From Candidatus Melainabacteria bacterium 17Bon1m (lineage in GTDB: Bacteria; Cyanobacteriota; Vampirovibrionia; Obscuribacterales; Obscuribacteraceae), in NCBI GenBank assembly GCA_032128875.1, contig JAVLKG010000003.1, positions 545,008 through 609,007 of the forward strand: a DNA stretch of 64,000 nucleotides, in the 5' to 3' direction. This document shows positions 50,727 to 60,717 of the stretch, piece by piece. Under the pieces are notes generated by a model. It was not told the origin of the DNA and searched no databases. It saw nothing but the letters and a program-made list of their open reading frames with translations. The position numbers and the translations under genes are program-made. Numbering within the stretch: position 1 is the stretch's first letter; every line of letters begins with the position of its first letter.

Positions 50727-50996
50727 ATGACCGATTTGCATATCCAACCTGCTTCTAATTTGTCTGCAATCGCTAACAATCACTTCGAGGCGCTGCGAAT
50801 TGTTGTCGTTCGGAAAAATTCTTGTGAGAGAGATGTATCATCGGCGATACCAGTCGAGCACTTGCCACCACTGGTGAGGCGCGTTGTAAAGGCGCATTTA
50901 GAGCGGTTCTTGACTGAAATTGACTTCGCAATTCGTGACACAAAATCGAAGGCGAAAATGCAATCTTCATTCGCGCCCCCCGATTTTACCTACTAG
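50727..50996 (+). CDS. Small hypothetical protein
   Basis: 89-aa ORF from ATG 50727; weak RBS. Confidence 0.4.
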   Translation: MTDLHIQPASNLSAIANNHFEALRIVVVRKNSCERDVSSAIPVEHLPPLVRRVVKAHLERFLTEIDFAIRDTKSKAKMQSSFAPPDFTY

Positions 50997-51018
50997 ATTC
51001 TCCGCGCCGTTTCTGGCA

Positions 51019-51065
51019 ACATACTAGGTGGTGTAATGGCTGAATATATACACCATATATGGTGC
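51019..51065. promoter_or_regulatory. Tandem NrdR-box-like sites
   Basis: ACACCATATATGGTGC (51050-51065) and degenerate ACATACTAGGTGGTGT (51019-51034), 31 bp apart. Confidence 0.5.
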
Positions 51066-51093
51066 GGGTGGCAGAGGCGAGAAAGTCTTTCAA

Positions 51094-52104
51094 ATGGCAA
51101 GAAGACAGAGTTCAGCAGCAAGCAAACAAAACGACGGCATGACCACTCTTCTCACTGGAGAAGAAGCTGATGATTTTTTCGCCGGCACGTTAGAGCAACC
51201 AGAACCCGAGAGTGACTTCGCCGATGGTGGCGCAGCGACGGAACCAATTGATGGCGAAATTGCTCCCGAGCCTAGAGAAGTCGAAGAGGATTCGGTACGC
51301 ATATATTTGCGTGAGATTGCTCGACACAAACTTTTGACAGGGCGAGAAGAGATTGAATTGGCTCGCCGGATCAAGGCGGGTGATGCAGTTGCTAAACGCA
51401 AACTGATTCAATCGAACCTCCGTCTGGTTGTCAGTATCGCAAAGCGCTACCGCCACCATGGACTTGGTCTTCAAGATCTGGTCCAAGAGGGCAGCCTAGG
51501 TCTGATGCGCGCGGTCGAGAAATTCGACCCGGAGCGCGGGAATAAGTTTTCAACATATGCAACCTGGTGGATTCGCCAGGCTGTCACTCGTGCGATTGCC
51601 AATAAGGCGCGCACTATTCGAGTTCCTGTTCACATGAATGAGGTCCTCAACAAGCTGCGCAAGTCCAACACGGCACTATGCCAGGAATTGGGGCGCGTTC
51701 CAACTCCGGATGAATTGTCCGAAGCTTCCGGCGTTAGCCGTGAAAAGGTTCTTCTGGCTTATGATTCCTCACGCAGCCCGCTGTCTCTTGACTCGGCTTG
51801 CGGCGATGACTCTGACGCCACGCTTGCTGACGTGATTCAAGATGAAACGGCTTTGGCGCCAGACGAGGCAACAGCCGCAAATCTAATGGTCACGCACGTT
51901 TTGGACTCTTTGGTTTGCCTCAGTACAGAAGAGCGCGAATTGCTCTCCTTTCGCTACGGTCTGACGGGCAGAACGCCCATGAGTCTGGAAGAAAGCGGCA
52001 GAAATATGGGTTTGACCAAAGAGCAGGCACGAAATTTGGAAGTTCGGGCGCTTAATAAATTGCGTCGCGGCGTCAACTCGAACATGCGAGAATATCTGAG
52101 GTAA
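51094..52104 (+). CDS. RpoD-like (group 2-type) sigma-70 factor
   Basis: [47 protein letters not shown]; diverged region 4. Confidence 0.93.
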   Translation: MARRQSSAASKQNDGMTTLLTGEEADDFFAGTLEQPEPESDFADGGAATEPIDGEIAPEPREVEEDSVRIYLREIARHKLLTGREEIELARRIKAGDAVAKRKLIQSNLRLVVSIAKRYRHHGLGLQDLVQEGSLGLMRAVEKFDPERGNKFSTYATWWIRQAVTRAIANKARTIRVPVHMNEVLNKLRKSNTALCQELGRVPTPDELSEASGVSREKVLLAYDSSRSPLSLDSACGDDSDATLADVIQDETALAPDEATAANLMVTHVLDSLVCLSTEERELLSFRYGLTGRTPMSLEESGRNMGLTKEQARNLEVRALNKLRRGVNSNMREYLR

Positions 52105-52184
52105 GAGGCAGTCCGCTGCCCGACCTGTGATCCACGAGCTCCGCTAGTAAAGCGGGCTGTGTTTCTCCATCGCAGACTCGAAGC

Positions 52185-55100
52185 ATGACGAATATCGAAG
52201 TATTCACCGGCCCATATCGCACCGGCAAGAGCGTAAAGCTGCTTGAGCGTTTGCTCGACTATTTGGAGACGAACCGCCCGGGCGAGGCACTTCTTGTTGT
52301 GCCGTCCCAGCGCTACAGAAAATTGATCACTGAGCGTTTGCTGGCGCTTGTCAAAAAGAGGCAGGCTGATGGTGCCGCAGAGCACAGGGACTTTCCCGGC
52401 GTTTTCGGTTTGAAAATCCTCTCTTTTTACAAATTGCTGGAGGAGATACTTCGCAAATTGGGCGTTTCTTTTCGCTTGATGCCCGAGCGAGTTCGACCAG
52501 TTTTGCTGCAGCAAATTTTGCTCAACATGAAAGCCGAAGGGACGCTGAAAGCGATCGATCCAATTGTTGAGTTCAACGGGACATCTCAACAGATTATTGA
52601 ACTAATTGATGAATTCGAACGTGCCGCTTTGTCGCCGGCTGACGTGATTTCGCGGTTGGAGAATAACGTCGATAGCGGTTCGAAGTATATGGAACTCGCT
52701 CGAATATATGAGCGCTACTGGTTGGAGCTGGAGCGGCTTGGATATGTGGATCAGCGTATCGTTTCGTTCAAGCTGCGCGAAAAGTTGACGTCCGAGAAGG
52801 ATTTGGACCTGAACCTCGGCTTTCTGGCTGTCGATGGTTTTGACCGATTCAATCCCCTGCAGTTGCAAGCTGTTCAACTGCTGGCACCATATTGCAAAAA
52901 GGTCGAGGTGTTATTCGACTATTTGCGCCCGGATGAGGACCCGAATAATGACTATCTGTGGAAAGACGATAGCTTTAAAGATTTGGAGAATATTCTCGCC
53001 GGCGACTTAATCATTAACTCGTCTGTCGCTCCGCCAGAGAATGTCGAGGCTCCCGAAATTCCTGTTCTGAAGCCGAAAAAGCGCCGTCAGGGAAGTAGTG
53101 ATAATGCCCTCCAGTTGAGCCTTTTCGCTATGGCTGATTCGCTTTTCATAAAGGCTCCGGGCGATGCGCCCATTGCTGGAGGTCGACCACAGCGAACCTA
53201 CACGGTAGAAAAATTCCGAGCAATGGATCGATATTTCGAAATGGATTTTATTGCGTCGCGAATTAAGCAACGATTGGTTTCTGATGGAATCGAGCCATCA
53301 GATATGCTTGTGGTCATTCGAGACTTAAACCAATACCGAACCGCAGTCCGCAGCGCTTTTGAAGGAGCGGGCATTCCTCATTATTTGGATGAGTCGATAG
53401 AACTTTTGTCCTTGCCTCTTGCGCAGTGGTATCAACAGTTGCTGTCGCTTTCAATCGATGAATATCCACGCGCCGCCACCATCAAGTTTTTGCGCAGTCC
53501 GTTTACTCGATTGTCGGCATTCGGTCTAACGCGCGAAGAAGTCGAGCTGTTGGATAAAAAATCAGCCAATGATTATGCAGTCGTGTCCGGGCGAAATCAG
53601 TGGGAAGACTGTGCGCGTTTGATTGGAACAGTCTCGCTGAAAACTGCGTTGGGCAAATTTCTCGATATGACGACGCCGCCTGCCGAAACCCGGTCACACG
53701 AAAAGTGGGTCGCTTGGGTTGAGGACCTTTTTGAAGAACTTTTCCTCGCTCCTGCTGACGATGAGAAAGACGATGAGATTCCGCTGAATCGATGGCAGCG
53801 AGAGACGACACTATCTGTAGTGCGCCAATCTTTGGCTCTTCTAATTAAAGAGTCGACGATTATCACCGGGCAGTCTTTCGTGTATAAAGAGTTTGTCCGC
53901 AAACTTGTTCATATGCTCGAGCAGTCCACTTTCCGCAGTCCGGGTGAAGGACAGAATCAAGTTCGTATTTGTAGCGCGGAATTGGCGCCCAACAAGACCT
54001 TTTCCGATATCTACTTGGCTGGTTTGGTAGAGGGCGAGTTTCCCCGCCGGGTTTCGCGTTCGGGTTTTGCCAGCCCCGAAGAAGTTAAAAAGTGGAGATT
54101 GTTTGGTGTCGATTTGCACAACCCCCGGCACCATGCGGGTTTTGAATCCGCCCTGTTCAACTCCTTGCTGGAGCGTTCGCGTGATCGCATTGTGATTACA
54201 TGCCCCACTACGGACATTGTTGATGGTGAAGAGCTTATCCCATCTTTCCTTTTGACGGGTGGCAAAGACGAAGGTGTTCGTTCTCTAACGGTCGTAGAAC
54301 CGTTCGCAAGCGCAAATAATCAGCCTGTTTCTGTTCGCGATCACGTTGCGAATAGGTTGTGGCGAAATCAGAATGAAGCCATGGTGGCGATGACGCACCC
54401 TGATGTTGCTGCGTATGCTGAGAAGATTTCTGCTCCAATAGCAATGCTAAAGGCTCGCGAAAGCGGTGCCTCGCATTTGGTTTATAACGGCTGGCTTACC
54501 GACCTGGTTTCCAGCGGTTCGCTCAAGATAAATATGCCGAAAGAATGGAGTCCTTCCAGACTTAACGACTATGGCAAATGTCCATTCAAGTATTGGACAA
54601 ATCATGTTTTAAAGGTCGAGCCGCATGAAGAGCCGACAAACGAAATTCTAGTAACGATTCTTGGGGAGGCGTATCACAAAGCGCTGGAGCTCTTCTACAT
54701 CGATTTGAAAAATCGCAAGCAGGCGCTTGTCGAGCTTGAAGATGACGATATTCGGCGGCTACTGGAAAGCGCCACCAAGAGCGCACTCATATCGATGAAC
54801 AGTTTGCACCAGGTGAAGCGTGGTGAGTTTGCGCAGTATGAAGACCAAGAGATAGCCTTCAGGTTGGTTCGATTTGTACTTGAGGAAAAACGGCGAGCAA
54901 TTAAAGATCAAGGTCGTTTTCAACCATCGCTTTTCGAGCATGGTTTTGGAACCGCGCGCACAGGCGAACAACTTTCACCTCCGCTCGTCATCAAGTCAGG
55001 CAATAAAGAAGTGAAAGTGGTCGGCGTCATCGACAGAATCGACGTCGCTGCAGATATGACTGCTTCTGGCAAACCGAAGGTGCGTGTAGTTGATTACAAG

Positions 55101-55493
55101 TCTGGCTCCACTCCGATTACCGAGCGCGATGCGCTAGAAGGACGTAATCTGCAGATGCCGATTTACGCGATGGCAATTTCGCAGTCGATTATGCCCGGGG
55201 CTGAAGTGGAAGTAGGACAATTTCTCAGCGTTTCCCAAGCAAGCTCCCTTGGGTCACTTGAATTTGTGAAGAAGCCGAAGAAGCCCAAAGAAGGCGAGCC
55301 TGAGGTTGTTGAGGCACCTTCTGAGAGCTTGCTCGAAAAATCAAAGAACTACATTGTTGATTATGTGACGCGCATAGGCAACGGAGACTTTGAAGTACGC
55401 CCGAACGGCGAAGTTTCGTGCCGTGGCTGTCAGCATTCAATGATCTGTCGAATCACCGAGTGCCGTGCTTCCGACGATGAGGATGCAGAGTGA
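52185..55493 (+). CDS. addB: AddB-like nuclease subunit
   Basis: N-terminal GPYRTGKS, VDGF, C-terminal WSPSRL...CPF...GVIDRID...VDYKSG...LQMPIY...CxxCxxxxxC Fe-S staple. Confidence 0.88.
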   Translation: MTNIEVFTGPYRTGKSVKLLERLLDYLETNRPGEALLVVPSQRYRKLITERLLALVKKRQADGAAEHRDFPGVFGLKILSFYKLLEEILRKLGVSFRLMPERVRPVLLQQILLNMKAEGTLKAIDPIVEFNGTSQQIIELIDEFERAALSPADVISRLENNVDSGSKYMELARIYERYWLELERLGYVDQRIVSFKLREKLTSEKDLDLNLGFLAVDGFDRFNPLQLQAVQLLAPYCKKVEVLFDYLRPDEDPNNDYLWKDDSFKDLENILAGDLIINSSVAPPENVEAPEIPVLKPKKRRQGSSDNALQLSLFAMADSLFIKAPGDAPIAGGRPQRTYTVEKFRAMDRYFEMDFIASRIKQRLVSDGIEPSDMLVVIRDLNQYRTAVRSAFEGAGIPHYLDESIELLSLPLAQWYQQLLSLSIDEYPRAATIKFLRSPFTRLSAFGLTREEVELLDKKSANDYAVVSGRNQWEDCARLIGTVSLKTALGKFLDMTTPPAETRSHEKWVAWVEDLFEELFLAPADDEKDDEIPLNRWQRETTLSVVRQSLALLIKESTIITGQSFVYKEFVRKLVHMLEQSTFRSPGEGQNQVRICSAELAPNKTFSDIYLAGLVEGEFPRRVSRSGFASPEEVKKWRLFGVDLHNPRHHAGFESALFNSLLERSRDRIVITCPTTDIVDGEELIPSFLLTGGKDEGVRSLTVVEPFASANNQPVSVRDHVANRLWRNQNEAMVAMTHPDVAAYAEKISAPIAMLKARESGASHLVYNGWLTDLVSSGSLKINMPKEWSPSRLNDYGKCPFKYWTNHVLKVEPHEEPTNEILVTILGEAYHKALELFYIDLKNRKQALVELEDDDIRRLLESATKSALISMNSLHQVKRGEFAQYEDQEIAFRLVRFVLEEKRRAIKDQGRFQPSLFEHGFGTARTGEQLSPPLVIKSGNKEVKVVGVIDRIDVAADMTASGKPKVRVVDYKSGSTPITERDALEGRNLQMPIYAMAISQSIMPGAEVEVGQFLSVSQASSLGSLEFVKKPKKPKEGEPEVVEAPSESLLEKSKNYIVDYVTRIGNGDFEVRPNGEVSCRGCQHSMICRITECRASDDEDAE

Positions 55494-55515
55494 TGCGCAA
55501 TGAGAAGAGGTCGCA

Positions 55516-58500
55516 ATGTCTCAACTAACTGAACAGCAAAGAGAAGCTGTTTACAGCATCGACAAGAACGTCTTGGTGTCTGCTGGTGCAGGCTCCGGCA
55601 AAACGCACGTTTTGGTTGAGCGTTACATTGAAGTTTTGCGCAGCAATCCTGAGCTCACTGTCGCCGACATTGTCGCGGTTACGTTCACCAAGAAAGCCGC
55701 GAGCGAAATGCGCACAAGGCTGAAGGCTCGCTTTCAAGCCTTGAAAGACGAGAGTCAAGGGGAGGAAAGTCAGCGCTGGTTGTTGTGTGTCGCCGACATC
55801 GATTGTGCACGCATCGGCACGATTCACAGCTTGTGCGACAGCATACTCAAATCTTTCCCGGTCGAAGGGGGAGTCGATCCCAAGTTTGAAGTGCTCGATG
55901 ATATCGAGCGGGCCGAGCTGTGCGAAGACAGTATTAGCGAAGCTTTGCGAGAAGCGATCTCCAGTCGTGGAGTAGAGCACGATTTGCTCGATCTGTTTAG
56001 CATTGATGAAGTGAAAGGTTGGTTGCTGGATATTCTCAATTCGTCGCTTCAATTTAGTGAAGTCATCGACAAGATGGGTGACACTAGCGACGAGGCAATG
56101 AAAGAGCGCTTTGAGAAACTACTACTCTGGGCGCGCAAACGAGCGATTTGTCAGATTGTGTCCGATTCGCAGTGGAGCGTGGCGCTCGCATATGTCTTGG
56201 AAAACCCGTGGAAGCCCGGTACCGATCTCGAAGACATTCGCCAAGCTTATGCCGCCTTGGCAGAGGGAATTGATCGCGCTTCGCTGCTGGAAACAGTGAC
56301 CGAAGAGTCCTGGTCGTATGTGTACGGTTTGTTCGAGCATCCGTCACCTGGCAATAAGGGTGGCAAAGATGCAATGGACCTTCGCCACAGAATGAAGGAT
56401 TTGAAAAACGCCGTAGACAAAGCCGTGAAGAAGGTTCCCACCGGCTTGAAGGAAAGTGATACCGAAGCCTTTCACTTGATTCGCGCGTTTGTCTCTATGG
56501 CGAAGCGAACCATCGAGATTTATGAGCGCAAGAAGAAAATTGTTCACAAGCTCGACTATGACGATTTGATTCGCTACACGTTTGATGCTTTGAATCAACC
56601 CGGCTCCCCGGCGCGCCAGCATTTTAACGATTCGTTGCGAGCGATTCTCGTAGACGAGTTTCAAGATACGAATGCTACTCAAGCTCGTTTGGTCGCTTCG
56701 TTGGCGGGTGAGAAAACCAGATTATTCCTCATCGGTGATGATAAGCAATCAATATATAAGTTCCAGGGTGCGGATGTTTCTAATTTCAATGAGTGGAAGA
56801 ACGCTCTGAATGGAACACCTAGTAGTGTGTGCATTGATTTCTTGCAAGGCGAGAAAAATGTCATTCCGTTGAACAAGTCATTTCGAAGTCATCCTGACCT
56901 CGTGCATGGCGTGAATGCCATATTTGCTGACCTTCTCGATCCTGGCGCCGATCCTCAAATCTACCGTGCGTCATTCGAGAGTTTAAACCCCCATAGAGAA
57001 CGCATAGTCGATACGGAAAGGACGGAAGTTCTTTATTTTGATTCATCGATAACAGAGAATGTCGAGCAGAAGAAGGCATTCGAGACTGAGTTGATCTGTC
57101 AGTGGATTGAAGAGAAAGTTCGTCTTCAAATGCCAATACAGCTCAAGGATGGCTCTGCTTCGAGACCCGCGAAGTTTGGTGACTTTGCAATTTTGGTTCA
57201 GAAGAATGACCACTTCGCGTCTCTGGAAGAGTCCCTGACACGACATGCGATACCCTTCGTGACGCTCGGTGGAAAGAGCTTTTTGATGCGCCAAGAAGTT
57301 TTCGACATTGAAAATCTCTTGCGTTTTCTCGACAACGAATTTGACAGCCACTCTTTACTGGGAGCGCTACGTTCGCCGCTCTTCTCAATCACTGATGACA
57401 TCATTCATCAGTTGGTCACAGACGAGGGCAACCCGCGCAATCCAAACATCTGGGAATTGCTCTGCCGAGTTTCCGATCAGAAAAAGCCTGGATTTGAGGT
57501 TTGTCGTCAGGCTGTTGCCCATCTTAGAAAGCTGAAAGAGAGCGCACAACTTAGAACGCTTGGCGAACTCATTCGCGAAATTCTGACATTGACAGACTAC
57601 GATACGGTTCTGCTTTCATCGAAAAACGGTCGTCAAAGATCAAGGAATGTTTGGAAGCTTGTTCAGCTTGCGACCGCGAATGAAAGCCTGTCTCCGGGCG
57701 ACTTTGCGCGTCGACTTTCTTTGATGCGCGAGCATAGAGTAAAACAAGCCGATGCGCCTTTGCAAACCGATGATGTGGTGAAATTGATGACAATTCACGC
57801 ATCGAAAGGGCTGGAATTTCCGGTCGTGATTCTGCCATTCCTTTCTTCTAAAATTGATCCGCGCTACAAGAAATTGCTTTTCCATAAACAATATGGAATC
57901 GCCTTAAACACTGATCGCAGCGTGTCCGCCAGTAAAGACAAAGATCAAAATACGCCGTCATGGTTTCAACTTGTGAAGCTTGTAGACACAGACATGGAAG
58001 CCGAGGAGAAAAAGCGTCTTCTGTACGTAGCGATGACTCGTCCGCGCGACTACCTTGCACTTTTTATTGATTCAAATCAAACTGCTAAGTTCAACTCCTT
58101 CTCTACTTGGTTGTACGACCACCTGGTCCCGGCTGACTATGCGGGAGATGAGAGAGTCACTTTTGACCTGTCTGACGGTTCAAAAGTTGCACTGCGTCGA
58201 TATGAGCCTGTTCCGAAGCTTCCGGCGGAAGTCGAATCGCTTGCCCTCATTGAAGAACTGGACGAGGCAAAGAAAGTTCTCAAGCTCGATCTTATCGAGC
58301 CCATCTTAGATTCGGAAGCAACTCTGCGTGCACCGACAAGCCGCAGAATCACTCCCGGCAAGCATGGCGTTCAGTTAGATGCGCGTCTGGTCGGTACATA
58401 TTTCCACTCCTTAATGGAACATATGTTGGTTCGGCTTGAAAAACCGCAGCGCTGGCTGTTTGAGGAAGTGGCTTTGTCGCAAGGTGATTGGGCTAGTCAC

Positions 58501-58881
58501 CCTGATGTCGTTGAGCATTTAGTTCGGCAGGGCGAACGCTGGATCGACAAATTCTACGACAGCGATTTGTTCCTTCTGATGAAGAATGCACGTCGTCGCT
58601 TACATGAAATTCCGTACTTCAGCTATGTTGATGAAGGGCTTGAGGACAAACGTCCCGACTTGCTGATTGAAGATAAAGATGGCGAGTGGCATTTGGTCGA
58701 CTATAAGATCGACAGCTTTCCGATCGCAAACCTTGATGCTCAGGCTGCAGAACACTTACCGCAAATGCTTGGATATGTTCGCGATTTGAGATCCATCACT
58801 GGTATTAATTGCACCGCGCATCTGTTTTTCGCGAATCATGGTCTGCTTCATAAGCTGAAAGCTGAAGTGCTATCGACTTGA
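55516..58881 (+). CDS. addA: AddA-like UvrD helicase-nuclease
   Basis: AGAGSGKT, TFTKKAA, VDEFQDT, GDDKQSIY, MTIHASKGLEF, LLYVAMTR, C-terminal RPDLL...VDYK. Confidence 0.92.
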   Translation: MSQLTEQQREAVYSIDKNVLVSAGAGSGKTHVLVERYIEVLRSNPELTVADIVAVTFTKKAASEMRTRLKARFQALKDESQGEESQRWLLCVADIDCARIGTIHSLCDSILKSFPVEGGVDPKFEVLDDIERAELCEDSISEALREAISSRGVEHDLLDLFSIDEVKGWLLDILNSSLQFSEVIDKMGDTSDEAMKERFEKLLLWARKRAICQIVSDSQWSVALAYVLENPWKPGTDLEDIRQAYAALAEGIDRASLLETVTEESWSYVYGLFEHPSPGNKGGKDAMDLRHRMKDLKNAVDKAVKKVPTGLKESDTEAFHLIRAFVSMAKRTIEIYERKKKIVHKLDYDDLIRYTFDALNQPGSPARQHFNDSLRAILVDEFQDTNATQARLVASLAGEKTRLFLIGDDKQSIYKFQGADVSNFNEWKNALNGTPSSVCIDFLQGEKNVIPLNKSFRSHPDLVHGVNAIFADLLDPGADPQIYRASFESLNPHRERIVDTERTEVLYFDSSITENVEQKKAFETELICQWIEEKVRLQMPIQLKDGSASRPAKFGDFAILVQKNDHFASLEESLTRHAIPFVTLGGKSFLMRQEVFDIENLLRFLDNEFDSHSLLGALRSPLFSITDDIIHQLVTDEGNPRNPNIWELLCRVSDQKKPGFEVCRQAVAHLRKLKESAQLRTLGELIREILTLTDYDTVLLSSKNGRQRSRNVWKLVQLATANESLSPGDFARRLSLMREHRVKQADAPLQTDDVVKLMTIHASKGLEFPVVILPFLSSKIDPRYKKLLFHKQYGIALNTDRSVSASKDKDQNTPSWFQLVKLVDTDMEAEEKKRLLYVAMTRPRDYLALFIDSNQTAKFNSFSTWLYDHLVPADYAGDERVTFDLSDGSKVALRRYEPVPKLPAEVESLALIEELDEAKKVLKLDLIEPILDSEATLRAPTSRRITPGKHGVQLDARLVGTYFHSLMEHMLVRLEKPQRWLFEEVALSQGDWASHPDVVEHLVRQGERWIDKFYDSDLFLLMKNARRRLHEIPYFSYVDEGLEDKRPDLLIEDKDGEWHLVDYKIDSFPIANLDAQAAEHLPQMLGYVRDLRSITGINCTAHLFFANHGLLHKLKAEVLST

Positions 58882-59093
58882 GCTTGCCTTGGTTGAAAAT
58901 GTTCGTTTGCGTTCAAGCTATGGCTGCTGTCTCTTAAAGCCTTCTTAACCCTTACAGGCGAGAATTAGCCTCAGGTAGCTAACAACACAGAACTCGGCAA
59001 AAGGGTGGTATCTAGCTCTTTGTCGAGGCACCTTGCTTTTGCGTTGACAGTGTCGAGCGCAATTCCAATTAAACACATCCGAATTGAGGACTC

Positions 59094-59867
59094 GTGTCAA
59101 TGGACAAGAACCTCGTTAGAGTTTGTACGGCTTCTTTCCTTTTACTATGTTCTATCTTCGTTGTTCCGCAAGCTGTGAATGCTGAGATTGTCGATCGAGA
59201 CAATGGCTATTGGGCGCCCATTATGCTAAGAGCGCCAATTTACAAAAAGTGGCAAGCCTCGCTCGAGTACCAACCGCGCTGGCAACAGGCTGCGGATAAG
59301 CATCTGACAGAGTCAGTTGTAAGATTAGGTGCTGGCTATGAGTTCAATAAAAAACTGTCTGTGTTTGGAGGAGCATATATAAGCTCTCACTTTAACGAAG
59401 AGCTTGATTGGGAAAATCGTCTCTGGGAACAAGCGACTTATACATCGATGATCGGGCGCTTTTCGTTGCAGAACAGACTTCGATTGGAGCAAATTCAAAA
59501 AGAAGAGTTCGAAAGGAGCTCGTGGCGCTTGCGTCATCAGTTGCGGATCACCACTCCTTTTCCAAAGTTCAAAAATTGGTATCTCGTAGCATCTGAAGAA
59601 CCATTTTTCAATTTGAATTCTGCAGAAAATGGGCCAAGGCAAGGTTTCAATCAGAACAGGTTGTACTTCGGAATTGGGCGACAGATCAATCGATGTACAA
59701 GAATTGAAGTTGGATATTTGCATCAATATAAAAACAACCGCGGCAAACCCGACCTCTCGAACAACCTGATATTGACTAGCTTGACCATAGACTTGAATGC
59801 GTTGAAGCGGCAGCCCAAACCTTGCAATACCAAGCTGGCTACACTTCCTGTCGTGCGAAATCCATGA
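59094..59867 (+). CDS. DUF2490-like outer-membrane beta-barrel protein
   Basis: Signal peptide, ENRLWEQ, RLRLEQ, RLRHQL, GFNQNRLYFG, EVGYL. Confidence 0.85.
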   Translation: MSMDKNLVRVCTASFLLLCSIFVVPQAVNAEIVDRDNGYWAPIMLRAPIYKKWQASLEYQPRWQQAADKHLTESVVRLGAGYEFNKKLSVFGGAYISSHFNEELDWENRLWEQATYTSMIGRFSLQNRLRLEQIQKEEFERSSWRLRHQLRITTPFPKFKNWYLVASEEPFFNLNSAENGPRQGFNQNRLYFGIGRQINRCTRIEVGYLHQYKNNRGKPDLSNNLILTSLTIDLNALKRQPKPCNTKLATLPVVRNP

Positions 59868-59887
59868 GAAGAACCCTTGAATTACTT

Positions 59888-60595
59888 TTATGGCTCGTAT
59901 GTTCGTGGATAAATCAGCGAGTCGCGCAGAATTTCGCTAAGTGAGCGAGGCAACTTATTTGGAAGATGCTGCTTTCCAGAACCTTCCTTGTTGTTTAAAA
60001 ACTCACTATTTCTTGGTCCGATGTTGATTACACCGTCTTTGATAATTACCGGTGGTAGGTTTGAACTGTTCTCGCTTGGCGTATTTGCGCGCTTCCGCGG
60101 CATCGTCGGAATGTCGCTAAGACCTGAGCCACTGCCTATTCCATTTGCGATGGTATCTGCAATTGTTCGTCCTACAATGACGCCAGCCTCGTAGCCGCTG
60201 GAGTGACTTCTTCCTGCAGCGCTGGCTCCTTCGATCGCCGCTTTTCCTGCAGCGCTGGCTCCTTCGATCGCCGCTTTTCCTGCAGCGCTGGCTCCTTCGA
60301 TGGCTGCTTTTCCTGCGGCGCTAGCTCCTTCGATGGCTGCTTTTCCTGTAGCGCTGGCTCCTTCGATGGCAGATCTGCGCGCTGTAGCTCCTGCTCCAGA
60401 CGCAATGGCACCGCCAATAATGGAGCCCGCGATGGCTCCACCCGCGCTGCTCTCTTGCGCAACAACTTGCCTGCTCGCGTTCAACATAATATCGAGTGCT
60501 TGATTGGCCAGCTTGTGGTCTAAATCAGCTGTTTTTCCAGCAGCGCTGTTAATTTCAGTACTACTGCCGGGGTGTTCAAATTGCCTATGGCTCAC
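59888..60595 (-). CDS. Hypothetical protein with 11-aa tandem repeats
   Basis: GGAG RBS, GTG start; (AIEGASAAGKA) about five times. Confidence 0.7.
   Translation of the reverse strand: MSHRQFEHPGSSTEINSAAGKTADLDHKLANQALDIMLNASRQVVAQESSAGGAIAGSIIGGAIASGAGATARRSAIEGASATGKAAIEGASAAGKAAIEGASAAGKAAIEGASAAGKAAIEGASAAGRSHSSGYEAGVIVGRTIADTIANGIGSGSGLSDIPTMPRKRANTPSENSSNLPPVIIKDGVINIGPRNSEFLNNKEGSGKQHLPNKLPRSLSEILRDSLIYPRTYEP
60211..60370. repeat. 33-bp coding tandem repeat, about 4.8 copies
   Basis: Unit TTCCTGCAGCGCTGGCTCCTTCGATCGCCGCTT; variation is mostly synonymous in the - strand ORF. Confidence 0.95.
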
Positions 60596-60717
60596 GATGC
60601 ATCTCCCTGTCGTGCGACTGCGCTCGTGTGTGAAGGGGGAGATTAAGCGTGTATATTCGGCTCTGCGAAACTTTGGACGCTCGGAAGATTAATTCGATTG
60701 AGAAGGTCCAGAAGTGG

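Noticed and set aside
52185-58881. Helicase-nuclease pair as a novel defence system or Cas4
   Set aside because: Sizes, gene order and motifs fit housekeeping AddAB
60211-60370. 33-bp repeats as a CRISPR array
   Set aside because: Units are contiguous with no spacers, are in frame in an ORF, and no cas genes are in the window
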